NCBI RefSeq assembly: GCF_006345805.1 | Contig: NC_043007.1 | Span: 22,940,001 to 23,004,000, forward strand | Direction: 5' to 3' | DNA from: Octopus sinensis | Taxonomy: Eukaryota | Length of the DNA: 64,000 nucleotides | Part shown: positions 63,301 to 64,000 of the stretch, one piece after another | Position numbering within the stretch: the first letter of the stretch is position 1 | Layout of the letters: the number at the start of each line of letters is the position of its first letter | Notes under the pieces: model-generated | The model's input: only the letters and a program-made list of their open reading frames with translations | Database searches by the model: none | Told to the model about the DNA's origin: nothing | Translations under genes and position numbers: made by a program

Positions 63301-64000
63301 CACAAAAACATGATAGCAAAAGGATTTAAATAGAGCTGATGAAGCGTGTTCAACAACATTGATTTTATTATTACCACCTCTACCACCACCACCATCACCA
63401 CCATCCTTGTCTTGCTTTCTTAGTTATTAGGAATGTTTTTAACTGGTGTGCCCTCACAGGGTCTACTACTTACAGTAGATCAACACCCTATGTAGAGTTA
63501 AATTATCTTTCATTTACTTATTGCTTTAGGAAAGAGGGGTTGAATGCTGGGTCTTTGGATTCTTAGGATTTAGTAAATTTTAGCTGTTTTTTTTTATATA
63601 TTTAGTTAATGTTAAGGATGGAAAAGTCTTATTGTTGTTGGTTATGCTAATTTTATTGATTTTTTTTTAGCAATTTAGTTCTCGTTTCTATTAGCATGAG
63701 AAGAAAATAGTTTCAATTACTAACAGGGATGAGACTTTTAAGAAACATGTTTGTTGTTTAGACCCAGGTTAGCTTTGACGAAAGATGTTCCAATCATGAC
63801 CATCCCATTTGTTATTTAAACGACTCCAATGAAAATCTCTCATATAGGCAAATCATTGACAACACTTAATTTGGTTCCATTGAATATTCTGAGGTTCTTC
63901 AAGACAACTTATGCTTCTTGATGACATCAAGCCCTAACCCTAACACTAACCCTTCAATCAGAGCAGTGACAATACATTGCAACTATGAGTTCTATTTCAT

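Noticed and set aside
63335-63360. Other CTGATGA/CTGAAGA hits (63336, 28098 minus, 22692 minus, 47029)
   Set aside because: No correctly placed GAAA, stem II or stem I partner.

Overview
AT-rich, microsatellite- and retroposon-dense eukaryotic DNA; the repeat families and (TA)n/(CA)n density suggest an octopus/coleoid cephalopod (inference). Nearly all supplied ORFs are microsatellite or SINE artefacts. Two spliced minus-strand genes were rebuilt by hand with GT-AG junctions and consistent phases. (1) A complete 10-coding-exon NHLRC2 orthologue (25770->4906, 721 aa; thioredoxin-like domain with YCCMNC, NHL repeats, C-terminal domain). (2) An unrecognised 4-coding-exon gene (44119->37093) for a 138-aa putative secreted helical protein with a 22-nt microexon. 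A probable first exon/promoter of a third (+ strand) gene lies at ~57.0-57.3 kb. The most unusual signal is a set of minimal type-I hammerhead-ribozyme motifs of the Penelope-like-element kind, most with a self-complementary stem III. Four lie in sense orientation across the orphan gene (upstream/5' end, two introns, 3' end). The rest is mariner, hAT, pogo- and piggyBac-like MITEs, Helitron-like elements (including a ~1.05-kb tandem duplication), several SINE families, CR1-type LINE ends and long fold-back palindromes.
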